Of a stretch of 50,888 nt of DNA, positions 6,782 through 15,854 are shown in pieces. The notes under the pieces are model-generated. The model was given only the letters and a program-made list of their open reading frames with translations. It was not told the DNA's origin and ran no database searches. Source of the DNA: a virus. Taxonomy: Duplodnaviria > Caudoviricetes. Numbering within the stretch: the first letter of the stretch is position 1; the number at the start of each line of letters is the position of its first letter. The stretch covers positions 1-50,888 of IMG/VR virus record IMGVR_UViG_3300050343_000151; one strand, given 5' to 3'. The position numbers and the translations under genes are program-made.

Positions 6782-9013
6782 CTATTCAAAATCATATTCA
6801 CTCACCATCCATTTTACATTGCCTTTCGCGTCCAGCTCTTCTGCTCCAACTGGCTGCACTTCACCCGTGCCACCATTAACAAAATGGGTTGGTCGAATGG
6901 TCATATTGGTCTTGATACCTTTGGTATCATTGTCCCAAACAGGCATATCTTTGATACATAAAAACTTACCGCCTTTGATAATTTTCTCACCAACTTGCTC
7001 CCCGTCAAATAACATAATCCACCCTTGGGTCAGTAATGTTGACAGATTTCGCTTGATAGTAGAGGCTCCACCCAGACGATATTTGTCTGAAAATTTCAAC
7101 GCAAATTGATTTTTATTGTAGTATTTACCCTTACTTGCCTCTCGAAATAGCAGCCCTAGGCACTTATTGACTTGATTAAATCGATCCATACTCATGTCAT
7201 CCGTGATATTTACGCCAGAATCTCGATCAAATGCGTCCCCACGATCACACATATGTCCCTCATGATAGAAAACTGTCATTGGTTTTGGCTCCATAACTGC
7301 TCGTGTTTGAAAAAATAGTCTACGATCTTGCGTATCTTCGCTTGTTTTGGTGATGAATAGCCCCACATCATAAGCCCCTTGGATTGCTGAAGCCCCTCGA
7401 ATAGCTAGGAATGGGTTTTCCATCATCTGATTTCTGTTAACTTTGTTCGAGTGATGAATAAGTATGATAGCAGCTTTGGGATTAATCTGATCTCGTAAGA
7501 CCCAAATGCGATCTCGAATAAACTTCATCAACTCCACGTTAGAGTTTTCATCATCGCCCGCGAATATATTAGATAGTGGATCAAAGATAATAACTTGCGG
7601 TAAATCATTGCCACAACTTCGATCGACCCAATCTTTAACATCCTTAGAGCCTTCATCATCCAATACTTTAGTAAATCGATAAGTGAATTTAACATTGCGT
7701 TTTAATAATGCTTTCTCGGCCGGGTTTACTTTCACTGCTCTTAATCTTGCCGAGAGCTGGGCTTTTGACATCTCTGCTTGAACGACTACGACTTGCTGCG
7801 GTATTGGTACATCAAAACGATTGAGTAATTTATTTCCAGTGCCAATACAATATGCCATTTCTTGCATGAGTAATGATTTTTGCGACTTCGGTGGCCCAGC
7901 GATAACCATAAACTCACCCTCACGCAACAATCCTTCAATGATTTCTGGTGGTAGTGGGGTATCGTCATCCACAATATCCGCCCAATCATCACCTTCAAGT
8001 GCCACTTGCTCTTTTTTTATTTTTGGCGCCCCATGTTTGTTGTAGTGAATTTCAAAAATACGATCAAAATCTTTTTTAACTCGATCTAATTCCCATGGTG
8101 GATTAACTTTAGTTTGATTATAACCAACAACATCGTTCCAAGCCTCTTGCAATGTCCAATGACCTTCGAAGTGTCGAGTTAAACTCCACCCAATCGCTCG
8201 ACCCATAGCTTCAAATCTAGTTTCACCTGCGTCTGCGCCTTCGTACACTTGCTCTTTGTACATGTCTTCCATTGGTACTTTGTTGTCACCTAAAGTTTTT
8301 TCGTTAACTTGTATCCCTGGCATGATTGCCATGTTATTAACGCTGTCGATTAATTCTTCCAGCTCATATTCAATCGCTGAGTGATTAGCTATGCGTACTT
8401 GATTAGCAACATTATTTTTTTGATGTATGCTTCCAGGGAGGCGAATAGGTTGGTGGGCCGATCCAAAACTAGGATCCGCTGCAATCTTTTGAGCTGCTAA
8501 TTTTTGAGCCGAGGTGATACGAGTGATGTCAGTTCCCATGGCAGGTTCTGTTAGCTTCCAATACAAATGTCGCTTGTAAACATTTTCAGCAGTCTTACCG
8601 CCAGAATATATTTCTAAACTTGGTTGACCGAGTTGGGCAATGATATAATTTTTTGACGCTTCAATATCACCGCTATCGATATCAACCACAAAACATGGGT
8701 AGTTAATAATGTCACTAGCTTTTGCTTGATCTCTTGCAGCTACCGTTCCAGGGATAACATACACCCCCATTTTAAAATTACGTCCACGCTCAACTAAGGG
8801 TTTGAGGTGTTGGTGCATGTCATCTAAATTACTAGTTGGGATCCAATGTAATTGTTGATAGTGGCTCGTGCCGTCTACGCCCTTCTCCATAAACATACGA
8901 ATAGGAATAAAGCCGTCACAATAACCATACAAAGTTTGTAGATACAACTTGATAGCGTCCGTATCTATGCGTGTTGGTTGACTGTAATCCGTGCGGAAAT
9001 TATTCATTACCAT
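6782..9013 (-). CDS. DNA primase-helicase (RepB/AEP-type primase plus RecA-like AAA_25 helicase)
   Basis: VVDID, YSGG...HLYWKL and IRLPGSIH primase motifs; Walker A GPPKSQKS; Walker B IIFDP; IHH..K; RGASA. Confidence 0.9.
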   Translation of the reverse strand: MVMNNFRTDYSQPTRIDTDAIKLYLQTLYGYCDGFIPIRMFMEKGVDGTSHYQQLHWIPTSNLDDMHQHLKPLVERGRNFKMGVYVIPGTVAARDQAKASDIINYPCFVVDIDSGDIEASKNYIIAQLGQPSLEIYSGGKTAENVYKRHLYWKLTEPAMGTDITRITSAQKLAAQKIAADPSFGSAHQPIRLPGSIHQKNNVANQVRIANHSAIEYELEELIDSVNNMAIMPGIQVNEKTLGDNKVPMEDMYKEQVYEGADAGETRFEAMGRAIGWSLTRHFEGHWTLQEAWNDVVGYNQTKVNPPWELDRVKKDFDRIFEIHYNKHGAPKIKKEQVALEGDDWADIVDDDTPLPPEIIEGLLREGEFMVIAGPPKSQKSLLMQEMAYCIGTGNKLLNRFDVPIPQQVVVVQAEMSKAQLSARLRAVKVNPAEKALLKRNVKFTYRFTKVLDDEGSKDVKDWVDRSCGNDLPQVIIFDPLSNIFAGDDENSNVELMKFIRDRIWVLRDQINPKAAIILIHHSNKVNRNQMMENPFLAIRGASAIQGAYDVGLFITKTSEDTQDRRLFFQTRAVMEPKPMTVFYHEGHMCDRGDAFDRDSGVNITDDMSMDRFNQVNKCLGLLFREASKGKYYNKNQFALKFSDKYRLGGASTIKRNLSTLLTQGWIMLFDGEQVGEKIIKGGKFLCIKDMPVWDNDTKGIKTNMTIRPTHFVNGGTGEVQPVGAEELDAKGNVKWMVSEYDFE

Positions 9014-9048
9014 CCGTATTCATCTTCGGGGTTCAAGGGCATTAAATT

Positions 9049-9350
9049 TTAGTTTCCTTTTTCTGTTTCTCTTGGGATTGGCATAGTTGCAAGGGTAATG
9101 TTCCCGGCAATAAATTCGTTAAAAGCTGCGTCTTTGTTGCCTTCAAAAATTTTCTCATGTTTATCAAAAATATCTAAAATTTGTTTTACTATTCCTGAAT
9201 GAAAGTTACCCAAGATCTGTAATTCATCACGCAATAGTTCAGCGTCATTAGTACACTTCTCGACATGTTTATCGATCAACGGCTGTACATGTTTATTCAT
9301 AGCTGCGAATACTTTCTCTAAAGTTTTTTCAGCTGCATCATTTTTCTCAT
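9049..9350 (-). CDS. Hypothetical protein (5' end apparently frameshifted)
   Basis: ORF 9049-9300; the SD-bearing ATG at 9350 joins it in frame if one A is added to the A5 run at 9341-9345. Confidence 0.6.
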
Positions 9351-9697
9351 AGTGGTTCCTCCAAATAATAATCAGTTAATAAATGGTCAGCGACATGACC
9401 AACAATAGTCATAGCGGTGCCGTCAGTTCTTCTTAGTTCTCTATCTGCAATCTCTCTTAACCCTGCGGTTGGATCTTGAAATTTTTGTATCATCTCAGTT
9501 AAATAAGATGAAAAGACTGCAACATAGGAACCTTTGTTATTGATATCTTCCTGGTATTTATGAAAGATTTTAACCGACATTAATCTGCCATCAGGCATAG
9601 GTCGGTATTGTGCATTAATATAATATTTACCTGTCTCATGTAGGCATTTGACAGTTACACCATGTCTACGCCAAGGTTCTTGAAGTGTTGTTTGCAT
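9347..9697 (-). CDS. Hypothetical; resembles stand-alone TSCPD (class II RNR C-terminal) domain
   Basis: RR.G.T.K...YI...PDGR...IF...GS pattern and size. Confidence 0.4.
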   Translation of the reverse strand: MQTTLQEPWRRHGVTVKCLHETGKYYINAQYRPMPDGRLMSVKIFHKYQEDINNKGSYVAVFSSYLTEMIQKFQDPTAGLREIADRELRRTDGTAMTIVGHVADHLLTDYYLEEPL

Positions 9698-9717
9698 TAG
9701 TTTTCTTTCTTTAGTTG

Positions 9718-10512
9718 TTAAATTGCTCGTTCACCCCAACAAGTTTTACGATAGTCACACCACTTACATTGAAAATATGATGGATCATTAAAACTTCTGG
9801 GTAATAGTTCGCCACGTTCGGTAGCGGTAATAATTTCAAAGGCTCGATCAGAATATTGTTGGGCAACTTCAGCGTCATAACCCACAAACTCATGCCAAAC
9901 TTCAGCCGTATCTTTATTGACTGAAGTAAACCAACATAGATTGTCAGTTAATTTCATGAATGCCATGTAGAGCTGGACTTGTACATAGTAACCATAGTGA
10001 CTTTGCTTCACGCCTTTTTTCTTATACTCATTGAACTTAGAATTTTTCATTGACTTGGCTTCCCATAAACATGGAAACCCTCTGACATATTCTTCTATGG
10101 TGTCTCGATCTTGCACCCAATCCTCAATGCCTTTGATAATGCCATCACAGTGGCCAGATACTTTGCCTTCCTTGCCAACATTAAGAGTGAACTCCCACTG
10201 CTTACCCGTTTTTGGATTAACATCTTGTAAAATAATGCCACCAGTACGCATCCAATCCACCATAAGTTCCTCTGACTTGTGACCAAAATCAAAAATTCTT
10301 AAAGTCTTACCTTGAAAATCAAAATCTTTCTCTTGACCCATGTAGCCGTATTGCACTTCACGTTGACAGTCACGACCGATAGCTGATGGCCCAAGGTATT
10401 TTCGTCTAGCTTGTTTTTTATTCTTAGCTTCGATACCTGTGTCTAGGGCTAATGCAACTTTCTTATTAAAAAGTTCACCAGGGGTTGGACTGAAATTAGT
10501 GTTAAAGTTCAC
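9718..10512 (-). CDS. Cas4-like PD-(D/E)xK exonuclease
   Basis: YLGPSAIGRDC, GHCDG, EAKS, QVQLYM, C-terminal CKWCDYRKTC (four-Cys cluster). Confidence 0.88.
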   Translation of the reverse strand: MNFNTNFSPTPGELFNKKVALALDTGIEAKNKKQARRKYLGPSAIGRDCQREVQYGYMGQEKDFDFQGKTLRIFDFGHKSEELMVDWMRTGGIILQDVNPKTGKQWEFTLNVGKEGKVSGHCDGIIKGIEDWVQDRDTIEEYVRGFPCLWEAKSMKNSKFNEYKKKGVKQSHYGYYVQVQLYMAFMKLTDNLCWFTSVNKDTAEVWHEFVGYDAEVAQQYSDRAFEIITATERGELLPRSFNDPSYFQCKWCDYRKTCWGERAI

Positions 10513-10709
10513 TTATAAAATCCTTGAAACCAACGACTAATTTTGCGTAATACGATTGATTGATTTTCAATGTAATATTGCATACGTCTATAAGTGGTGT
10601 AACGTGCCTTAGTTTCCTCGACAATCTGTCGTCTCAACAATGCATTCTCTTGTTTTAATGTGTTGTATTCTTCTAAAGTTATTTCGATCATTTTGTTTCC
10701 TTCCGTCAT
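10509..10709 (-). CDS. Hypothetical coiled-coil protein
   Basis: ORF tightly packed in operon. Confidence 0.65.
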   Translation of the reverse strand: MTEGNKMIEITLEEYNTLKQENALLRRQIVEETKARYTTYRRMQYYIENQSIVLRKISRWFQGFYK

Positions 10710-10711
10710 GG

Positions 10712-10939
10712 TTAATTAATTCCTTGTAATAATTTCACTATCTCGTTGAGATAAAATTGTGCTTTCTGATAATCCTCAATGGGTTTGCCTTTGTGAGGCG
10801 CTCTCCAAGTGTATTTTTGTACTTGCCCACGGCAATAGGCTAGGTAGCCTTCAATACCCAACATAGATTTGATTGAATCCTTGCATTCTATTTCGCCTTG
10901 CTTGTAATGCGGTGGGTGGTTTACCATATCATCGGTCAT
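10712..10939 (-). CDS. DUF3310 / T7 gp1.7-like nucleotide kinase domain
   Basis: VNHPPHY..G.IEC...KY.WR..HKG..ED..KA.FYL signature. Confidence 0.88.
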   Translation of the reverse strand: MTDDMVNHPPHYKQGEIECKDSIKSMLGIEGYLAYCRGQVQKYTWRAPHKGKPIEDYQKAQFYLNEIVKLLQGIN

Positions 10940-11361
10940 AATAATCTCTCTTTACTTGTAATAATGTTTGTAATGCTTCTTCGCTGTGAATTGGTTTGTT
11001 GGCTTTATGTTTTTCAAAAGGACATTTAACCAAACCACAAGGGAATGATACTTTGCGTGGCATAGCTTCGGTCCCATAACAATTGATTGAACATAGACCG
11101 CATTCACCCACGACTTGTTTGTCTTTAACCATTTTTTTAACCAATGAGTCTGACCGATAAAGTTTATCATCTAATGCAGCTTCCAATATAGGTGCCAACG
11201 CTTGGTCTTTGTTGCGTTTGACAATGGTATGAATAATCATTTGAAATGTAATTAGAGTTTCTTTGAACCTTGCGTCTAATAGGTTCAGCTTCTCTTCGAG
11301 TACCTTGCGTTTTACTTTCCATGGTACATGTACACCCCTTGCTCTTTTTTTTCTCGGTCAT
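10929..11361 (-). CDS. Hypothetical Cys-rich (Zn-binding) protein; 5' end apparently frameshifted
   Basis: CxxC...C...C motifs. The frame stays open up to 11357; ATG 11361 joins if the A8 run at 11345-11352 changes length. Confidence 0.6.
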
Positions 11362-13031
11362 GCAACTCTACGTCCCTCTATTAAAGCGATGTCTCGAATG
11401 AGAGAGCCGTAAAACTTCCACTTGATCAAAGCGGTTGCTCGATACTTAGTCATGGAATAATCATGTTTGAATTTGTTGTTCAGCATTTTTTGCTGTTTGT
11501 CAGTAGGTCGTTGTTGTAACCACGTTCGACTTTTTTTAGCAGAGTCACCTTGCTCATGCTTACACATAAAATCATTAGCGACCGCTAGTGCGTGTAATCT
11601 TTCACCAACAAATAATTTGTATGCTTGACGACCTTCAACTCTACCAATGGCGCACCAAGTGGTAGGATTTAGTTGTAACATCATAGCGAAACAATCAAAC
11701 CCGGTAGCCATAAAGGTGTCTCCCTGGCCGAATAAATCTACCCATAAAAATGGTGATTGTTTTAATAGATCAACTTCACGCATTTTAAAATCAATGACAA
11801 TTTCTTTACCCATTGATTGAATGCGTTTATTTTGAAAGCTGTACTCACAAAATGGACACTCTAAAGAAGCAAGAGGAACTTCTGCCAAACATTCTGGACA
11901 AGTTTTGTGGGGGGAGGTTCCAGAAGGTTTTTTATCCGTCTCTAGTAAGTTTACCTCTTGCTCTAATGTGCCGTGAAGGGAGGAGCTAATACCAAAATCC
12001 AACACGATACAATCTCGTTTATCGACACCAGGGAATTTATCTGGATCAACAATTCTTAGACCTCGACCGATCATCTGAATCATTGTTGATTTATATGATG
12101 AAGGTCTAAGAAGGATAACGCAGCTTGTAGGTTGACTGTCAAAACCTTCAGTTAAAACCATAACGCTAATTAAAACTTGGGTATTACCATAGTCGTAATT
12201 TTCGTAGATCTCTTTTCTCTCAGCTTCTGGTGTCTCACCTGTAATTAACTCTGCATTAATGTTACTACTCATGAATTCATCTAACACGCTTATGCCGTGG
12301 GCCACTGTCGAACAAAAGATAATGGTCTTACGATCACCAGCTTTGTCCATCCAATGTTTTACCACTGACTTGTTGTGTGCTTGTTTATTCATGATGTCCT
12401 CAACGTCTTGCATGTTGAAGTCGTTCATAGTTTGTCGAACTTCTTTTAACTTATCGTTACAACCTAAATCGATTTGATAAGTTACTGGTGGTACTAATAA
12501 ACCACTCATAATTAATTCACCGATATGTACTTGATCGGCACAATTGTTCCAAATCTTACCTAAAGTTTTACCGTCACCTCGATTAGGTGTAGCGGTAACT
12601 CCAAAGATTTTTAAATTGGGGTTTAAAGATTTAGCGTGATCTAAAATTTTTAAATAACTATCACTAGCTGCATGGTGGGCTTCATCAATAACACATAAGT
12701 CTATTGGTGGTAGGTTCCATAAGTTTTTTTCACGGCTCATAGTCTGTGCCATGGTGAAAATTGTTTTACCGCTATAGTCTTTGTTGTCACCATTGACAAT
12801 GCTAGTAGCGATACTTGGATTTAATCTACTAAATGTTCCTAGATTTTGGTTCGTGAGTTCATCACGATGTTGAATAACTAAAGTTTTATTAGATTTTATC
12901 TTGCCGATAATATCTGAAGTGACAACAGTTTTGCCATAGCCTGTCGCTGCTACCAAAAGGGTATTACCTTTTGTATTAAGTGCTTCAATGCACTTGGTTA
13001 CTGATTCTTCTTGGCGAGGTCTAAGAATCAT
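11358..13031 (-). CDS. Superfamily 2 DExH helicase with Zn ribbon (RadD/YejH-like)
   Basis: ATGYGKT, DEAHH, TAT, LTEGFD, QMIGRGLR, CPEC...CPFC. Confidence 0.93.
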   Translation of the reverse strand: MILRPRQEESVTKCIEALNTKGNTLLVAATGYGKTVVTSDIIGKIKSNKTLVIQHRDELTNQNLGTFSRLNPSIATSIVNGDNKDYSGKTIFTMAQTMSREKNLWNLPPIDLCVIDEAHHAASDSYLKILDHAKSLNPNLKIFGVTATPNRGDGKTLGKIWNNCADQVHIGELIMSGLLVPPVTYQIDLGCNDKLKEVRQTMNDFNMQDVEDIMNKQAHNKSVVKHWMDKAGDRKTIIFCSTVAHGISVLDEFMSSNINAELITGETPEAERKEIYENYDYGNTQVLISVMVLTEGFDSQPTSCVILLRPSSYKSTMIQMIGRGLRIVDPDKFPGVDKRDCIVLDFGISSSLHGTLEQEVNLLETDKKPSGTSPHKTCPECLAEVPLASLECPFCEYSFQNKRIQSMGKEIVIDFKMREVDLLKQSPFLWVDLFGQGDTFMATGFDCFAMMLQLNPTTWCAIGRVEGRQAYKLFVGERLHALAVANDFMCKHEQGDSAKKSRTWLQQRPTDKQQKMLNNKFKHDYSMTKYRATALIKWKFYGSLIRDIALIEGRRVA

Positions 13032-13200
13032 TCGTATCCTCTGGCTCAAAAAATATTTCTATTTCATCGTCTTGGTCTACATTGACTTGTACATTTTCTA
13101 TTTGTACTCCAGCGTCTTGTAAAAATTCTAGTATAGAATTCTTTGACCTAGTTTTAACTCTTTTAGCTTTTTCTTTTGCAAAATTTATAACTTTTGACAT
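13021..13200 (-). CDS. Hypothetical 59-aa protein (not in ORF track)
   Basis: AGGGGT SD; MSKVINFAKEK...; basic N-terminus, acidic C-terminus; overlaps the helicase start. Confidence 0.7.
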   Translation of the reverse strand: MSKVINFAKEKAKRVKTRSKNSILEFLQDAGVQIENVQVNVDQDDEIEIFFEPEDTNDS

Positions 13201-13270
13201 TATTACCCCTAACGGGCGTAGGTAGGAAGGTGGGTAATGAACGAACCCTTGTAACGACCTACGCCCTTAA
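13198..13270 (-). promoter_or_regulatory. Intergenic RNA stem-loop with anti-SD loop
   Basis: 10-bp perfect stem GGGCGTAGGT/ACCTACGCCC; loop ATTACCC is complementary to downstream GGGTAAT; no U-tract. Confidence 0.6.
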
Positions 13271-13274
13271 TTTT

Positions 13275-14141
13275 TTATGTGTAGCTTTCTCGTTGCCAAG
13301 AAGGTTGCGCCCATTCGCCTTCCGCTGGTGCGGTAGGTGATGTCATTGCTTGATCTAGTTTACCTAAATCAGAAGCATTAAATTCAGCAGCTTCATCTTT
13401 TGGTATAAAAGTTTTCAAGTTGGGTTGTCTACTAGCCATGATGGTCTGATATTGAGGGTCGTTAGGAAGTATAATCTTCTTAACTGAGTTCTTATCATCA
13501 GGGTAATCTGGGTTTGTGCTTTTCTCTAACTTGAGAATTGCAGCAAACTCTAAACCAGTCATTGCCATAAAACCGTCATCGCCAAGGTTAAACACAGCAT
13601 TGTTTGAACCATCGTTCATGACGTTATTTGCAGAAGATAATACATCACCAATAAAAGTCTCACTCATTTTTAAATGCATGAGAATTTTTTTGTACTTGGC
13701 AGCGTAATTATTTGCTGGGCTACCTGATGTACCGTTTCTTATTGCGTCTTGGATTTTTGGATAATGCGTAGCTTGAGTTGCATCATCGATTGTATTAAAC
13801 ATTTCCAAGGTTGGTTTGTCTGCAAGATCGCTTTGGATAGGGTGATAGGAATTCATCAACTGTGCATTGCCATGACTTAATACAGTCATAGTAAAAGGCA
13901 CTTGCCATGTTCCAGCTCCACTTAGATAAGCCTGATCTTGAGTTTTTACACCATTCTCAACTTGTTTTTGAAGGTGCTTGTGATTGATCGCAATGCCTAA
14001 AACCACGGGAGTTCCGTCTGGTAGGGCTTTACGTTCGTTTGTTTCCATGACTATGTTGTTCTCTTTTAAGAACTGATTCTTAGATTCAGCATGAGCCGTC
14101 ATAGTGGCTTTACTAAAATCTGTATTAAAGGTATTATTCAT
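13275..14141 (-). CDS. Putative single-stranded DNA-binding protein
   Basis: Follows the Sak4-like ATPase; flexible C-terminal tail ending PSW; AAGGAG SD. Confidence 0.55.
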   Translation of the reverse strand: MNNTFNTDFSKATMTAHAESKNQFLKENNIVMETNERKALPDGTPVVLGIAINHKHLQKQVENGVKTQDQAYLSGAGTWQVPFTMTVLSHGNAQLMNSYHPIQSDLADKPTLEMFNTIDDATQATHYPKIQDAIRNGTSGSPANNYAAKYKKILMHLKMSETFIGDVLSSANNVMNDGSNNAVFNLGDDGFMAMTGLEFAAILKLEKSTNPDYPDDKNSVKKIILPNDPQYQTIMASRQPNLKTFIPKDEAAEFNASDLGKLDQAMTSPTAPAEGEWAQPSWQRESYT

Positions 14142-15057
14142 AAGTTGTCTCCTTTGGTTTTGGAACAATAGGGGTAGAGATTGGTTTGGTTGTGCTTACT
14201 TTATTCTCTACTCCGCTACTTCCTTGCATTTTTTTGAACAAGTTTCCCCATAAAGGCTGTTCAATTCCCTCCAAGCGTCCGCTTCTATCTTTAGCAGGAT
14301 ACCCTCCAGGGTTGGGGCTAGTACAAACAAAAACTCTTTCGGGCTTTGTTGTGTCGTCTTTTTGTTTCACTGGAATTACCGCAAGTGTAATTACTTCGTC
14401 TACAATTCCAGGAAGTTCATTCTTAATTCGTCTACCTTCAGCTTCAATGACATAAGACTTACGACCTAAATCGTCTTCCTCAGTATTGAGTTTGCATGAA
14501 AATATAACTGTTTTCTCATGATTGTGTTGCCAATGGCGTAACGCACTTAGTACATCTGTTGCCATGTTTCCATAAACCCTCATCATATTATTTGATGTTT
14601 CTAAGGCTTTATGGTGGGCAAAGGCTCTCTTAGTTAGATCCGAGATACTGTCGATAAAGAACACGTCAGCGTCTTGAAACATTTTTTTCTCAGCCTCAAC
14701 ATTGTAACCAGCTTGACTTCTTCTGCTCATTACACTGTCGTGGTGATTTTGTGACATTGGGCTACTTGGATGTGCCGACTTATCTGGCCCACATGCTAAA
14801 ACAGTTATATCTAGAAAGTCTTGAAACTCACCAATCTTAATTGTTTGAACATGATCACCAGCTTTAGTGCGTAACCATTGGTTGACAGTCATTAATCCAC
14901 TTTCAATATCAAGTACAATAGTCTTCATATGTTTAGGGATAGTTTGAATAGTGTAAGTCTTGCCTACACCATACTGACCTGTTAATAAGATCTTAGGCCC
15001 TTGGCTTTCCAAGTGTGTAGCCCTTTGATCTGGGGTTATTATAGAATATCCGTTCAT
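14134..15057 (-). CDS. Sak4-like AAA_24 ATPase / ssDNA-annealing protein
   Basis: GQYGVGKT, LDIESG, FIDSIS, LPGIVDEV, AKDRSG. Confidence 0.88.
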   Translation of the reverse strand: MNGYSIITPDQRATHLESQGPKILLTGQYGVGKTYTIQTIPKHMKTIVLDIESGLMTVNQWLRTKAGDHVQTIKIGEFQDFLDITVLACGPDKSAHPSSPMSQNHHDSVMSRRSQAGYNVEAEKKMFQDADVFFIDSISDLTKRAFAHHKALETSNNMMRVYGNMATDVLSALRHWQHNHEKTVIFSCKLNTEEDDLGRKSYVIEAEGRRIKNELPGIVDEVITLAVIPVKQKDDTTKPERVFVCTSPNPGGYPAKDRSGRLEGIEQPLWGNLFKKMQGSSGVENKVSTTKPISTPIVPKPKETTYE

Positions 15058-15593
15058 TTGAGATCCTTTACAGTTAATTTATATGAGGGGGTTTTTTCAG
15101 TGATAGTTCTATGAGGCTCTAGAAATCCTCTAACGGCTTTAGCTAATGGTTCGTCACTTGCTTTAAGTTTAGTCCAATTAGTCTCAGATACTTCTATCTT
15201 TACAGTCACTCCACACTTATTTAATTGTTGAAGAAACTCCATAGCCTTATCATCTATATTACTAACGACCTTTAACATTGCCTTAGAATCCCACTTAATA
15301 GCTGTTGGGCTAGAAGCAGACACAGATACTTGTGGATTCTTAGAATCATTCCAAGATACTTGGCCGATAGTATTCTTTACCTTCCTAGCTTCTTCCGCAT
15401 GGCTGCTAAATAGGGTAGATAACACATCTTGAAATTGCAACGTCCGCAACTTTGTGTAATCTGCCGAACTTTTAATTTGTGACTGGATCTCAAGTAGATC
15501 GTCAGTATCTAAATTAACAGCACCATTGGGGTTTTGTGAGAGATCATCTAGTATTTCTAATGTTAAATTAGACTTTTCGTGAGCATTTTGCAT
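15054..15593 (-). CDS. Hypothetical protein (first gene of the replication/recombination operon)
   Basis: AGGAAGGT SD; helical N-terminus; lies immediately upstream of Sak4. Confidence 0.7.
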   Translation of the reverse strand: MQNAHEKSNLTLEILDDLSQNPNGAVNLDTDDLLEIQSQIKSSADYTKLRTLQFQDVLSTLFSSHAEEARKVKNTIGQVSWNDSKNPQVSVSASSPTAIKWDSKAMLKVVSNIDDKAMEFLQQLNKCGVTVKIEVSETNWTKLKASDEPLAKAVRGFLEPHRTITEKTPSYKLTVKDLK

Positions 15594-15710
15594 TTTTTTA
15601 CACCTTCCTAATGTAGGCAGACTACTAGAAACTGGAAGGTATGCTCGGATTAGAAACTAAATAATCTGCCTTAAAATTTGTTGATTCGAAGCATACTCGA
15701 ACCGTATGTA
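15594..15710 (-). promoter_or_regulatory. Structured 5' leader with alternative pairings over the SD
   Basis: 12-bp stem AGGCAGATTATT/AGTAGTCTGCCT; loop ATCCGAGCATACCTTCC can pair with upstream GTATGCTTCGAAT or downstream GGAAGGTGT. Confidence 0.6.
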
Positions 15711-15711
15711 G

Positions 15712-15830
15712 ACTTTTTACAGTAAAAATATAAATGCTTCAAGTATTAATTTTATCAATTCAAATAAATATTAATGCACATGCTATGTAAAAAAAACTTG
15801 ACAACAATTTACAATTGTCTGTAATGTGAA
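15712..15830. promoter_or_regulatory. Divergent promoter/operator region (lysis-lysogeny switch)
   Basis: Rightward TTGACA 15798-15803 with TGTAAT/TAATGT; leftward TTGAAG-N17-TAAAAA; palindrome TTTTTAC-A-GTAAAAA 15714-15728. Confidence 0.55.
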
Positions 15831-15854
15831 AAAATTATCAAAAAAAATATTTTT

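Noticed and set aside
9718-10512. CRISPR-Cas locus suggested by the Cas4-like gene
   Set aside because: No repeat-spacer array or other cas genes seen; context is a phage recombination operon.
13214-13266. Rho-independent terminator
   Set aside because: 33-nt loop and no U-tract on the transcribed (minus) strand.
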